Of a stretch of 64,000 nucleotides of DNA, positions 1 to 13,805 are shown piece after piece (position 1 is the first letter of the stretch; the number at the start of each line of letters is the position of its first letter). The position numbers and the translations under genes are program-made. This stretch comes from Lingula anatina. Taxonomy: Eukaryota; Animalia; Brachiopoda. Location of the stretch: assembly GCA_051362555.1 (NCBI GenBank), contig CM120643.1:20216848-20280847 (forward strand), written 5' to 3'. Under the pieces are notes generated by a model. The model did not search any database, was not told the DNA's origin, and saw only the letters and a list, made by a program, of their open reading frames with translations.

Positions 1-170
1 CTTGACGTTTTTCATTCACATAAAGATTCAAGCATATTTGTCTACTCAAACTTGTCTCAACTGTGAAAAGAAAATCTATTTTACCTCTTTTCAGACATCT
101 TTTATTTTGATATTTTAATTTTTTAAGAAATAAAAAGACTAACCTGGTGTACCACTACATGTAAAGGGAG

Positions 171-568
171 CATAGCTATAAAAATGCTGCAAAATTGTAT
201 TTTCTGACCTATGAAACCCAGGGTTTGCTATTCTGATGGCTAATGGTCTCTTCCCCATGGAATGCTACTCCAAAGATCTACTATTTCAACGGTCCATTTA
301 TCCAAAATATACCTTCAGAGTAGCACAAAGAACCCAAATTGAATATAAAGAATATGTGGAAAGTATATACATTAAATTCAATGCACACTTCTTTAGTGAT
401 GGATGAGTGAATGTGAATTTCAAATAAAAGCTAATTTACATTGCAGCATGATTATACTGTCTTTAGAATAGTGACCCTTCGGAATAGCCAACCCTTAGCC
501 ATCAGAATAGCAAATCCCGGATTTCCCAGGTCAGAAAAAACATTTTAGAGCATTTTTAAGAATAGTGA
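171..568. mobile_element. Old TIR element (EnSpm/CACTA-like) with about 75-bp inverted arms
   Basis: 171-246 is a diverged reverse complement of about 490-568; internal GAATAGC subrepeats. Confidence 0.55.
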
Positions 569-1083
569 ACCTTTGGAATAACTTCGGATTACAGAGCTGA
601 CCCCCACGTAATGGTCTTAAATTGTATTAGGATGTTATTGAGAGCATTCACAACAGATGATCCGTAGACTAAATATGGCCGACCCCATTCAAAAGGAATG
701 CTGCTAATTCCCTGATGGTCTACCCACCTCCAAACACACAGTCCCTGCAGGGGTCTAGCAATTAAACCTGGACCAGAGATATAATCCATTTAATTTATGC
801 ATGTGGAGATGGGGAGACCATCAGGGAATTAGCAGCATTGCTTTTAAGTGGGTTGGCTGTGTTTAGAAGGGGATCAACTTGCTCTGAATGCACTCACTGA
901 TAGAGAATTTTAACAGTCCCAGCCTGGTGAAATTGCACTGATGGACAACCAGACAAACAGGCAGGCAATTTAATTCCACAAACAAGTACATCATTATTCC
1001 TCCTTCCTGAACACACAAAAGGGACAAACTATTTACAGGCCTCATAAACGTTAATTGTCCTTTGTGATCATGGATGCCAAATC

Positions 1084-1255
1084 CAGGGGCGGATTCAGAG
1101 ATATTTTCTGACAGTCTTTCAAATTAACTTTGTTGATCCATCCTCCATTTTTGACCATCTTCTGAGAGAAAAAAATAGATACCTGTCAATGTAAACTTGA
1201 AAATCGTACTGTCTTCTGGAAGACCCAGAAGAATGGCCTTAAAACTCTCGCCCTG
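1084..1255 (+). mobile_element. CAGGGGCGG-type MITE, 5-bp TSD AAATC
   Basis: Short TIRs; homologous to copies at 2814-2981 and 51113-51256. Confidence 0.85.
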
Positions 1256-2070
1256 AAATCAATGTCTAAAACTACGAAACTTGCTGCAAGTACTCAAATA
1301 TAATGATTTGGCCAGCTTTTGTCTGAGTCTTTTGCTGTTTACATATGGGTTCTTCTACTCAACATTAAACTATTTTCAGCTAATGTTTCCAACAAATCAC
1401 AAATCTCTATGTGCCCAACTTTCTCTGGCACATACAGACCATGCCAAATGGGAAAGAAAGCAGACTTGCAATTCACAATTTACACAGTAGTGCTTGCTAC
1501 AAAAATTTTTACGTTCATGCCATAAAATTGCAGTTTAAGTCATTCATTTGGCTATCGCAATCACAAACCGGCAGCTTGATATCACGAATGGCAATTTTAT
1601 TTACAAGGCCTGACATGTGTAATGTCCATAATACATAAACACACTATACTGCATTGGAAATATAATTAAGCATTTCTCCCATCAATCAATTGCTTGGCTG
1701 ACAAGTAAATAATTTCTTTGCATTCTCACATACACACAAAAAGAAAATAATATCAATAGTGTCATTAATACTATGGTTACTGGTTACTGTAGTATATCCC
1801 TTCTTTTTCCTCTGATTAAAATTTGAACTTGTCTTGCCTGGTGTGATCGATACACAATTATAGATACTCAGACAATAATGAAGGAGACGATAGAGAAAAT
1901 CCAAAAGCACTCTGAAAGAGCAAAAAATGAGTATTCAATACAACTTCAGTTATAGTGGTGTCTACATATGGTAATTACTAGATCGATGGAATAATTTTAC
2001 ACATGCAGTAATTTTTAAGTCATAATTAGAACACATTCCTATTAAGTGATAGCAACAAAATGAAAAAGGA

Positions 2071-2472
2071 CCCTTGGCAAGTATCAGGCACAGGCCTGCT
2101 GCAAACTCTCTAGCAAATTCACTGCAAATTTGCTACAAATTTGCTGCAAATTTGCAAGAAATTCTTGCAAGAAATTCTTGCAAATTCGCTGCAAGTTTGC
2201 TGCAAATTTGCAGCAAATCTATTGCAAATTTGCAAGAGCTTGAATACTTTCTTGCAAACCAACTGCAAACTTAATATGTTCTTGCAAATTTGCTACTAAT
2301 TTGCCGAAACATAAAGACTTTTCCTGCAATCTTAAGTTGTTATGGCAAATTTGTTGCAAATTAGCAGCAATACAATTTTTTCTTGCAAACTCCTGCAAGC
2401 TAGTTGCTGCAAACTTTTAGTTTGCGGCAAATTTGCTGCAATTTTGCTGCAAAATTTTCATTTTGCTAAGGG
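2071..2472 (+). mobile_element. CCCTT-terminal CMC/EnSpm-like MITE with TTGC(A/T)GCAAAT subrepeats, 2-bp TSD GA
   Basis: CCCTTGGCAA...TTGCTAAGGG termini; many internal copies of an approximately 11-bp motif in both orientations. Confidence 0.8.
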
Positions 2473-2813
2473 GAGGCTATTTTTTAGTTCTATTCTATGC
2501 TGTAGAAGCAATACAAATGCTACACAGAATTATAATTTTTGTGATTATAAAATTATGTATCTGAAAGTTTGATGATTTTTGCTCATTGAAAAGATAGTAA
2601 GAATAAAAATCATTACTGATCTTTGAACCAGGTTCTAGGGAAAGTGGATCTAAACTAAAATGCCAGCAAGTTTGGAGGCAGGATAGTAAAATTTTGTCAA
2701 TTTATTTTGTTCTTGGTCACCACTTCTGTTCTTAATAGTAAATTCCTTAGCTGACACCTTAATCTGTTATCTGTCCAATGATTAGATGATTTTATGCATC
2801 GAGTGTTAGATAT

Positions 2814-2981
2814 CAGATGCGGATTGAGACCGTCTTCTGGGCCTTCTGGAAGACGGTCAGATTTTTAAGTTTACATTGACGGGTATCTAATTTTTTCTGT
2901 CGGAAGACAGTCAAAAATTGAGGATGGATCAGCAAAGATAATTTGGAAGACTGTCAGAAAATTTCTCTGGATCCGCCCCTG
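2814..2981 (-). mobile_element. CAGGGGCGG-type MITE, 5-bp TSD GATAT
   Basis: Reverse-orientation copy of 1084-1255; GATAT on both flanks. Confidence 0.85.
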
Positions 2982-4126
2982 GATATGTACAATTTTACAT
3001 TTGAACAAAATCTTGCAGCACTATAATTTTCATCTAATTTAAGATGAAGTAAAAGCGGCCTTCCAAGTATCTTTGGCATATGTTTATAAAGTATATACTA
3101 TTATGCGTATAGATATTTCAGCCATTGCGCCCAGCATGTGTTTCACGAGTCATGCTACGCTACAATGGGGGTGTGGTGGTAGGCCTACATGTAGCAGTAG
3201 GAATACAATCGATAGTATCACCCCATAGACATCCACCATCCACAAATGTTTTCTGGGACATCCATTAAATATAAACAAAAGTCTATTCTCATGCAATGTA
3301 TTTGGTACAGTTGTATATCAATAGGAAGCATGTGCTTCGTCTACAAATGCAAACAGTGGAGGTGCTGTAGTACTGATTGTCGTAAAATTAGCTCGAGAAG
3401 TGCATGTAAGAAAAATTATCTATAAAATTTAGATTTTGTAGAGTCAGCTCAATTCTGGTAGAAGACGAAACAAAAAAATCAAAGATATTAACCCATTTTA
3501 CAATATTTCCTACTACGTCAACGACGTAGTTTGTTGGCAGATAAATGTGATTACACTCTTAGCTGACTCAGGAAAAGCTTGAAAAAGCATTCAAAGAAGA
3601 GGCATGCATGCCAATAGTGAGTGAAAAGTGTGCTATGATCAGGACAAACAATACCGATTATAAGCTGATAGCCACAAACCCCTAATTAAGCTGTGTTGAC
3701 TCCTTGCTGGGAAGGGGTAGCGCCCTCCTACTGCTGTGAGTAATCACACATTGTCTTCTAACTTATGGCTATGCCTGAGTTACACTGACTCCATGAATTA
3801 AAATGTTTTCATTATGAAGGGGGCAGATGGTAAATTTACGACAATTAAAGCAGTTATCGATCTTGCCCGTACCCATTGTCCAGTTTCTAAATGGCTACAG
3901 TGTAGGTACTCGCTTCACATATTGTTTTAAGTGTATTGTGTGTTAAAGAGACAAAATAGCAGAATTATTGATGAACTCAAATGTACCTCCTTCTTGCTAT
4001 TGCACCACAATTCTTGTTGATCAAAATAATAATGTAAATTCTTGTTGATGACAAATTTACAAAAATGTATCTTGTACCTCAGTTTGGAATGATAATGTAA
4101 CTGTGTTCTTTTGAAATGGGGGGTAT

Positions 4127-4497
4127 CCCTTAGGAAAATGAAAAGTTTGCAGCAATACAACAGCAAAATTGAAGCAAATTTGCTGCCAACTAAAAGTTTG
4201 AGGCAACTAGTTTGCAGTAGTTTACAAGAAAAATTAGTATTGCTGCTAATTTGCAGCAAATGTGCAATAACAACCTTAGTTTACAGCAGGTTTGCAAGAA
4301 AATCTTTATGTTCTAGAGAATTTGTGGCAAATTTGCAAGGGCATCTTAAGTTTGCAGTAAGTTTGCAAGGAAGTATTCAAGTTCTTGCAAATTAGCAGCA
4401 AACTTACAGCTAATTTGCAAGAATTTCTTGCAAATTTGCAGCAAATTTGAGTGAATTTGCGAAAGAGTTTGCGTCAGGCATGATATTTTGCTAAGGA
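4127..4497 (-). mobile_element. Same family, inverted copy, 2-bp TSD AT
   Basis: Reverse complement of 2071-2472 with deletions. Confidence 0.8.
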
Positions 4498-5434
4498 ATG
4501 GTCTATGTGCTCTAGTGTATTTTATATAAATTAGTAATGTATAACTCTGTAGTTTTATACATTAAGTGAAAGTCAACTAAAAAAAGTAAACAAATAAACA
4601 AAGTTTTATAAGTTTCATAATATTAAGTATCATCTTCAGCTGCCGCAACATGTATTACTCAAGCCTTGGCTCAACGATTAATTAAAACTGACACTTTCAT
4701 CCCTGTGTCAATTGATATCACATTAACCAATGAAAGCCAGTCACCTGTACAGCTGTGTTAAAGATTTCCCCTATGATCTGCTGTAATCCAGCCACAGTGT
4801 TGTGAGCCCCAATTTATCACCAATAAAAAGAAGGTAGCAGTAGCGCGCGGCACATATTGATTTGCTTACCACATCACAGTCAACAAGCCAACGTTACTGC
4901 TAACTCACAGCATGGCAATCAGCAAAACAGACAAACATGCTCTGCACAAGACAGCAAAAGTTTTACATCAATGATTTCAGTGTCTACTGAAGGAAAAAGA
5001 AGGAAAAGAAGGTAGGCAATTTAAAGAACTTATTCATTTATTTAGGATGACTGCACAACAGTTGAATATTTTATGCTATGATATACAGCACTGCAACAAA
5101 TAGCTTTTTTCCCAGTTTATTTTTGTTTTGTTGGTAAATGTTAATGATACAATGGCATTTTTATACTTACTGGTATCTACAAAAACATAGTTCAAATACT
5201 ATGTTCTGAAATGGTTCTATACCAAGGACACGCACACACAAAAAAAAAAAAAAAATTACTTACTGTCCATTAAAGGGCATTTTGGCTTTGCCCAACAGAG
5301 TGAATGATAAGGTCATAACAGGAAATGAAAGCTAAATGTTGTTTACATCGATTATCACATTGGGTTTGGGGAAACTGAAAGCATTTCACATTGAGGTGAA
5401 CAGTCAAAGCCTCATTGTCTCACAAGTCACTTAA

Positions 5435-5654
5435 AAGGATAACAACTCTTCGTATGAGATCCGATTTTATTAAAATTTTCACAATAAATACATTGTAGTT
5501 AACTCATAGTTACATTATACATAATATAAATTCCATTTTACCACCAAAACAGTGGTTATGACAATTATTCTAGAATCTATGCTTGCCATCAGGCCATGTG
5601 ACATACCTGCATAGGTGGCTACCCTCTGTTATAATCTGTTATGTTGTTGTTCCT
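5435..5654 (+). mobile_element. Kolobok-like MITE, TTAA TSD
   Basis: ttaa-AAGGATAACAAC...GTTGTTGTTCCT-ttaa; homologous to 21279-21592. Confidence 0.7.
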
Positions 5655-6051
5655 TTAAAATCTTCGTGGCAACCAAGACAGAACAGCCTTTTTTAATATC
5701 CAGAAGTACATCTCTAACAATGACAAAGAGAGGATATGAACTTTAACCCTGTATACTATTATACGTTTCTAATACCATATCATATAAATTTTCTATAGGA
5801 TATATTATTCTATCATCAATAATGAAGTTTACAACTCAATATAGCTAAAGAAGATGACCACCGTGTGTGTGCACTGTACTATCCAAAATTGCTATTATTC
5901 ACCTGAATATGGCAAACATTGATGAAATTGGCTAAAACCTTTTATCCATATCATAAAGGTAAATTTAAGAAGAACCTTTTACTCATGAGCAGGGAAATCA
6001 TCACGTTAGAGTTTAGGTACCAACTGGCAAGGCATTTCTGAGTATAAAAGT

Positions 6052-7012
6052 CAGGCCTACCCAACTACCAGATTCGGCACCTACGGATCCAGAATAAACC
6101 GGTATATCAGACCACACTACCCGTTTTCAAGGTGTGTGTCAGATCGCATTACAGAGTATCATACCCCATCACATATTTTGTAAGCCTACCTGTCATCCGG
6201 GTATCGCGCATCGTTTTCGTCAAGTAGGAGTCGTATGAATACAACAACATGGCGACAGACGACTCCCTCAATCAGGGGGTGGAAACGCGCTACTTTTATG
6301 ATTAAGACGAGACTAGCTGTCAATACCGGTTATTGTTTTGTGACCTTGAGGAACAATTAGGTTTGGTCGTTGCGGCACGCATGAACAGTAGTTGAACTAC
6401 CACACCTGGGTCTGTTGTTTTTGACAACTGTTCACTCGTCATCGAGGCGCTTGTTCTAGACTACAGGCTGATATCTACTAGTACTACCAGTGGCTTCATT
6501 AGTAATGTTCCCACAATACTTAGTTTTTTTTGTCTGTGCGTACATACCCTGAAAAAGGCCAGCCTCGCTGACGAGAACAATGGACGTTTCTCACCCCTCT
6601 CTAGGATTACCCCTGCCCTCAATCTCGTCCATCCCGGTAGTCATGAAAATATTTAACCCCCAGCTTCTGCTATCAAAATTAGGTCTACTTTTCTAAATTA
6701 ATATATGAGTTTGCAAGTTCTTATTTACAAAACATCATTGGCTATGTCCGAACCTAAATTTTATGTTAAAAATTGCGGTATTGTCAGATTTTAGCATAAA
6801 CAGGAAAAATTGCAGCAGCGCATGAATCTAGATGAGATGCACTACTTTCCAACTCCGATCATTGCTATCACATCGCGCACCAGGCAAAATCGGTTTGGTG
6901 GCTGATACTCTGTAATGCGATCTGACTCACACCTTGAAAACGGGCAGTGTGGTCTGATAAACCGGTTTATTCTGGATCCGTAGGTGCAGAGACTGGTAGT
7001 TGGGTAGGACTG
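6052..7012. mobile_element. 961-bp non-autonomous DNA transposon with about 120-bp TIRs and 5-bp TSD
   Basis: 6052-6171 is the near-perfect reverse complement of about 6903-7012; CAG...CTG termini; AAAGT on both flanks. Confidence 0.9.
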
Positions 7013-8254
7013 AAAGTTATAGAGGTCCTTTAAATATAGTAAGGACAAGTGCAGGGCTGAATATTGGCCAACAGGTTCAACGCCAATTATTTTGTCTAAT
7101 GGGTCATAATATGAGCAGATGTTTTGATGACTAGTCAATCTCAGACTTCATCACGAAGGCCCTACTTCCAAGTAAAATTAGAACTGTGCTACACAGTAAT
7201 GATACTGTGTCCCGGCAGAATGTGTGATTTGAATTTCTAGCCACAGGAATACTAATCTAATCCCTTTGTTGTCCCGCCCACTGCCACCGTAACTGAGCTG
7301 AGTTGCATGCTGGTTGGGTTGCCTCATTTGTTTTCAATTCTATATGTTCTACAGTCTCTACTCTGACTGCATGATGGCTTCATATCCCTGGCATTGTCAT
7401 GGTACCATTCTGAATCAGCCATGTGAAAATAAGACTTGGAATAAATCACGAGATCTTGAGACAATGAAGATCTACCTACACAATGTCTCCTTTTTTACTA
7501 GATTTCACACATGCCAAAAAACTATGCAACCAAGTGAAACATTCTCAAATCACATAAAGCAATACTTCAGAATATATATGGTGTCTGGATGGATAAAGCC
7601 CAGCCATCAAATATCATTGCTATCCCTATGCAAACAATGCCAACAAAAACTGATAATGTTTTCAAGTGAGTTTTACAAGAAAATAAACATGAAAGTTAAA
7701 TGTCTTCTCATCCCTGCACTTTTGTGACCAAAGTCAGTGATCGTGTTATCCTACCAATCTGTGATTCTATGAGTATAGTTGATTAAAATTATTTTCACAT
7801 TGTAATTTCTGCTATCTTCACAGACTACAAGAGTGAGGAAGTCTAAAATTTGGTGACTGATAGATCTATCATCAGGGATGTGCATGGGCACTTATGAATG
7901 TAAGGGCAACTGGGGGTTGGGGTGGGGGGTTAAACTCTTTTCACATAGTAACATCTGCTATATCCTCCTAAACCATTATAATGAAGAAGTTCAAACATAG
8001 GGGATTGATAGACCTATCATCAGAGATGTGGATGGGCCAGTCACAATTTATGTAGGGTGGGGTTTGGGCTGTCCCTGGGGGTGGATGGAGGGTGGAGGTG
8101 GATTCTTTTTTCACATTATGCAAATTTTTCATCAATACCTTTTCATATTTTAAAATGCATTTTAAAAATGTTTTGTCTAATATGCTTTTCTTAGATTGAC
8201 TATTTTTAGTTTCATACATGGACCATCCAATGCATTTATGGTTGTATATAAATA

Positions 8255-8260
8255 TTATTA

Positions 8261-8304
<44 letters not shown>
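8255..8304. repeat. (ATT)n microsatellite
   Basis: Direct observation; a similar (AAT)n tract lies at 23486-23523. Confidence 0.95.
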
Positions 8305-8306
<2 letters not shown>

Positions 8307-8552
8307 GTTATGCTCTTATTATGACGATAATTTGAAATAATTATACCATATTGGGTCCACCCATAGTCACAGATATCAAGGGAATGGGGTCCCGAGAATG
8401 AGCTACTCTTTACAATGTGGGGAAGTGTGGAGACATGCAATTATAGCTATCCCAATAACACCAACTAGTTCTTTATGTTATCATTTCATTTTTAATCTAA
8501 GCCAAGAAATGGGATGATAGATTCATGTCCAAATTATGATACAGCTCATAAT

Positions 8553-8910
8553 ATCATCATCATCATCGAATAACAGAATGTTCAGGGTGAACTGCTGTGG
8601 CCCTCCAATGCCCCCTACCCATGCCATTCTGTATATCACAATCATACTTCTGCTCCCATATTCTCTCTTTTATATTGTCTGAGTGTCTCATCTTTGGCCT
8701 TCCTTTTCCTCTTTTACCAAACATCCACATGCATCCATCAACATTTTCGTTTCTAAATAATTTTTTCGCATGGTGTGTCCGACAAATGCCATTTTTCATC
8801 TGTTTGCATGTAGTTGTTAGAAGTTTTTCTATTCATTTCATTCTTTTGAATACTTGCTTGTTAGTCACTCTTTTGATCTAGTCGACTCTCAGCAGCTGTC
8901 TATAGCACCA
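8553..8910 (-). mobile_element. Decayed RTE-clade LINE 3' end
   Basis: GKRGKGRPKMRHSDNIKE resembles the RTE C-terminal motif; (GAT)n tail at about 8553-8567. Confidence 0.7.
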
Positions 8911-9468
8911 AAGACAACTAATATTCTATGAGCTAATCTGTCCATCTAATGCCTTTTCACTTCAGCCTTTTAAGTCTATTCAATCATTTAAAGACTAAAT
9001 AATGCTACATGTATTGAAAATCCAAAGAGAATTAACTTAAACGCTAGTCTTTCTTTGTTCAATAATTGAAATAATGTGGCGAGAGAGAGAGAGAGAGAGA
9101 GAGTGACCTGAAAGTCAACCACCAGAATGGTTCCAAATGAAAGGGTTTTGATTGGAATCACAGGAACCCATTTAACCATATTACAACAGTTACTGTAACA
9201 ATTGTAAGTGGGGATTGATTATCTCTATATCTACACCTTAAGTAATGGCTACTGCATATGTCAGACAGAATATTCCAATTCCTGTACTTTCAGTGACATT
9301 TTATCCTAGAGCCAAGTATAGGTGAACACATTTACGTCAATCTTATGTGTAGAAGAGGTTTCAGTTGATAAGAAACAAAGGTGCGCTGATATAACCAAAG
9401 TGGGTGGAAAAAAATGCAAAAGATATCATGGATATGAAAGTAAAGGAGATTCTCTCTCTGATACTGAT

Positions 9469-9470
<2 letters not shown>

Positions 9471-9530
<60 letters not shown>
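9471..9530. repeat. (GT)n(GA)n compound microsatellite
   Basis: Direct observation; (GA)n also at 9081-9103. Confidence 0.95.
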
Positions 9531-10663
9531 CTTTATTCCTAATTGCTCTGTTATAAAGTTCATATACATGTATTTGCATGTGGGTGCTATGCTGGGTTTT
9601 TAAAAATTGTCTATAATTTATATGTACAGGTCGCGTACATACAATGGGATTTAATTAGAGTATCAATGATAACCCAGTAGCTGTCAAGCTATCTAAATTG
9701 CTTTAATTTTATAAACAGACAACATTTCTTGGTATCAGTTTTGATGCCATAAGTGGCTTTTTATCACATTTTTTAAAAGTATTTATAGTATTTTGGAAAG
9801 CAATAAAAGCTTTTAAGACTATTTGTGCAGTGCTTTAAGCGAAGTCTTATTCTCAAGTCCGCTTTAAAATGACGCACAGAAAAAATGCCAAATCACGCTC
9901 GCACTGTGAGATGCGACTTTTCCAATTTCCAGTTGGTTTAGCCAGCTCTGTAGTATTTAGGAAAGCCATAAAAGCTTTTAAGGCCATCTGTGCATTGTTC
10001 TATGGACCTGATAACAATGCAGATTGCAAGCAACACACATAGATTCTTACTAGTTCATTACACAGTTGCAACTCAATCCTGTTATAATCTCATGATAAAA
10101 CATATTATCCCATAATTCTAATAAAATCCTATGATTCTGCATGGATAGTACCCTTAAGGCATATTATCTTGCTGGATGATCCAGTTGAATCGAGTTTTTT
10201 TTTTCTGTAGAGTGAGCTTGATCTTTACATTAGGCCATAGATAGTTTGTCACCTATAACTGTTAAAGATTTTCAAGCAAAACTTAAAAAAATCCATTTCC
10301 TCTTCTAGAGATGTACTGGGAGTCCCCAAGGTTTCAAATAAATGAGATAAGAAGCGCAAAAATAGAAAACAAGAAGTTTTCAAATCACACTAAAGGAAAT
10401 AATGTCTGTCTCAAATCAATTTGTCTAATCACGAGTTCACATTTTACAAACTCGTTGTGGGAGTATCAGCTACTCTAGCTATTAACACATACGTCAGTTC
10501 AAAGCTAGACCTCCCCTTCCATCAGCCTACAGTTAGATGGAAAAAAAGAACAAAATAAACCCACACTACAATATATAACCAAACGTGTGGAGTACCCAGA
10601 CGATATGATGATCGTGAATATAATGGGCAATGTTGGTACTTAATGTCACTTAGTGGTCAACTA

Positions 10664-10768
10664 CCCTTAGCAAAATGAAAACTTTTGCATCAATATTGCA
10701 GCAATGTTGCAGCCATATTGCAGCAAATTTGCTGCAAATTTGCAGCTGGCTTGATACTTTGCCAAGGG
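10664..10768 (-). mobile_element. Same family, 105-bp mini copy, 2-bp TSD TA
   Basis: Both termini intact; a further partial copy lies at about 29554-29655. Confidence 0.8.
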
Positions 10769-11931
10769 TATGGCTTATCATGATAACACATCAAATGCCA
10801 TGGTGATGACTATAACCCTATTCCCTGGGTCACAGATTGATTTTTTCACACGATATTCGCAGTTATGTCTCTTGCTAATGCTATATTTACACTTTTCTGT
10901 ACTGTGTCCAACAAGATTTTTTTGTAGGGAATTATGTCATCACTCGGTTTGCCTCTAGTGTAGAGGACATGTAGGTGCGTTGACCATAATTAGAGAATAT
11001 TGACCATGGTCACTGCTGGGTGACCACGGATTGAATGTCACTCAAAACATCAGGGCAAGTGTTTTATAGAAAACCCATCCCATGCTATCATTTTCGTTTA
11101 AATGTTTCTGTTATGGAGTTATGAGCCTCTAAATACAGATTTTCATTAAAAATGGCATTATTTTGCTTCATCAACAATAAAATCTGAACTAAGACATTTA
11201 AGAAAAGTTGCTTGCAGGGTTTTGGAGTATTAAATGGTGTTATTAAATAGGCGTTGAAACGATGATTGTGGGTGCGCAGGTAAAAGAGAAATTTGAGAAA
11301 CTGTTTTTTTCAGTTTTTACTCCCAAATCGCAATTCTGATGTCACCCGTAAGATGACACGTGTAAATGTTAATTAATTTAGTCACTGAACACTGAAGATT
11401 TATCTATAACCCGAAAGAATGTATGTAAGGCAGTAAATAAAGAGTTTTGGGCAAAGGGTGACAATATGCTTAAGAGCAATTTAAGCTTGGTTGACCATGA
11501 TCAGAACTGTAAAACTCCATCCATGATCCACAATGCCAGAGTCAAGTTGACTAACCATCACATTATTAAGTAACATGTTGAATTATACATATGTTTATAA
11601 TATTGTTAGAAATTATCTTTCACACTTCTTCTTTGGTATTTTGTGTTTGAGCAATGTTAGCCGTGTAGTTGCAACCATGCAAACTTTGACCACAGATAAC
11701 TTTAAAAATTGGCTTTATTAATAAGCATGCTAACTGTTTGAAATATTGATATTATATTAGCATTGGAGAAAAAGGCAACAATTCTTAGGCACAGTTATAG
11801 AATAAACCAAATACATCCAAGATGTCTTAGAAATAACTCTGCCTATCTTTTTTTCTAAGTCTGAAAAAAGAGAAGGGAACAACACATATGCTGATTATGA
11901 CATAATGAAATCCTCCTCCAGACTCATCTTA

Positions 11932-12137
11932 GGTTGCATTTAGAACCAACTGATCTGCAGAACAACAGGTCTGTGTTGATCTGCGGATCAAATATGGTGC
12001 AACCCACTTGAGAGCATGCCAAGATTTAATTGCTCTGTCCCTGCTGGGCCTGGGAGGCATGAATCCACTGTTAAGTGCTGCCATATTTGATCCACTGACT
12101 AGTTAGTCTGCAGATCAACTTGGTTGTGAATACAGAC
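11932..12137. mobile_element. Harbinger-like MITE family B (GGTTGCATTC.. TIR), TSD TTA
   Basis: Long TIRs with CAAATATGG / CCATATTTG; TTA on both flanks. Confidence 0.8.
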
Positions 12138-12813
12138 TTAATATCTAGAACATAAATTATATAGGCTATTCTTCCACATTAACAGATACAATGGAAAAAT
12201 ATGCCCGACTCACTACATTTACCTTCAAAGGGGCAAAAAACATTTTTAGAGACTTTATAGAGAAAAAAATACCAAACACCTTGAATAATTGGAACATTTT
12301 CCCAAGGTACTTAATCACAAGATAATTCCTCGTTCCCACCTTAACACCTTCAAAAGCACTTAGAAAAAATGGCATTCCACTTCCGGGAGATGGTTGCAGG
12401 ATAATTTGGATGTACAATGCCTGCATGTCTGAAACCAACTTCAACATTCAATAGGCACTTTCAAGATGATCAAACAGAAAACCTGATGAGATATGTTGTA
12501 ACATTAAGTGATTATTCTTGGGGCCACTTCTAATATCAACGAAAGCTGTTAACATTGTTCTGATACACAAAGGTATGTGACAAAGGCATGTCAACCCATG
12601 CTGTTCATCTAGTTCATTGAGATTTGTTGAGAGATTCTGCCACAAAATATTGATTTTTGGCACGTTCTTGGTGTTTCAGACATTTAAAATAATAAAAAAA
12701 GTTATGAATATACAGTTGAAAAATAAAACTAATATTTAAATCCTCACTTCACAGACAAATATATAAAGCTACACAAAATAGCAAAGTTCTCATACTGAAG
12801 GAAATGAAAAGTG

Positions 12814-12844
<31 letters not shown>

Positions 12845-13510
12845 AGGAGTTACCTCAAAGAAATATGAGTATCACCCACACCCAACCCACAGAATTCTAA
12901 AAAAGTCATCACAGCTGGTACAAACTTTGCTTTCTTAACTTAAAACGGGCATTGACCTGGCCCACATGATAGAAGAAAGAACATTACAGTGAGGGTAAAC
13001 GATTATTTTAAAATTTAAGCAGCAAGGCTGTCATATTTACTGAAACAAAGCAGAAAATAATGATGGTTGTGCATAATGTTGAACAGCATGATCACCACCA
13101 ATTTTTAAAAAAACTTTTTTAAAGATTAAAATTATTTGTCATAGGTAACACAGACATTCAGAAAATGTAAATAGCTTTGGGCTTCAGGCCAAGGAGATTT
13201 CAAAGTCACACTTAAAATGACAATAGTTGAAAAATGAACATTTCACAAAAACTGCAACTGTACAAATTTAAGAAAACTGTCTGCACATAAAAATATGGAT
13301 AACTGCAGGCTTTGAATTTCAACCCAAACCATTAAAAATAAAGTATGTCAATAATTTGTTTTAATATTCTTAAATGAATATTGAAAATCAGCCAGTGATA
13401 AATGACTAGCGCAGCATATCAAGGATTGTGATCTGATCATGATATCGACACCATGTGCATGCATTGCAGATCTGATAAAATTTTGACATCTTGACTTTTC
13501 CATCCTCTTA

Positions 13511-13725
13511 GACTGTATTCCCAGAGCTTTTAGATCGCTCTATCCCCGCGGGGAGTCTCACTAGATTACTGTCAGATAATCCAGCTTAAATGTCCGTCCC
13601 ACCTACTACAAGCTGTAAGGGGGTAATTAACTTTCGTGTCCGCTCGGCTGACAGCTATTTAGCGTGAACCCCCAGGGAGTTAGGTCGATCTAAAGTAGAT
13701 CGATCTAATCTCTGGAAATGGGGTC
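13511..13725 (+). mobile_element. PIF/Harbinger (Tourist-like) MITE family A, TSD TTA
   Basis: GAC..ATTCCCAGAG...CTCTGG.AATGGGGTC TIRs; quasi-palindromic body. Confidence 0.85.
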
Positions 13726-13805
13726 TTAGAGAACATAAAGGTCACTGTTTATTGTATCAGCTGAAAGTTGTGATGTAAAATTGCAATAATTAGTACAATA
13801 ATTGG

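Noticed and set aside
2074-4395. ORFs rich in ANLLQ/CKFAA
   Set aside because: Translations of the MITE's 11-bp subrepeats.
7858-8125. Diverged local tandem duplications (about 148-bp offset here; also 9786-9999 and about 37600-37915)
   Set aside because: Two-copy, decayed, ordinary local duplications with no sign of function.
12166-12663. Adjacent minus-strand ORFs with FDHLESAY resembling the RT motif DLEKAYD
   Set aside because: No other RT motifs in the correct order.
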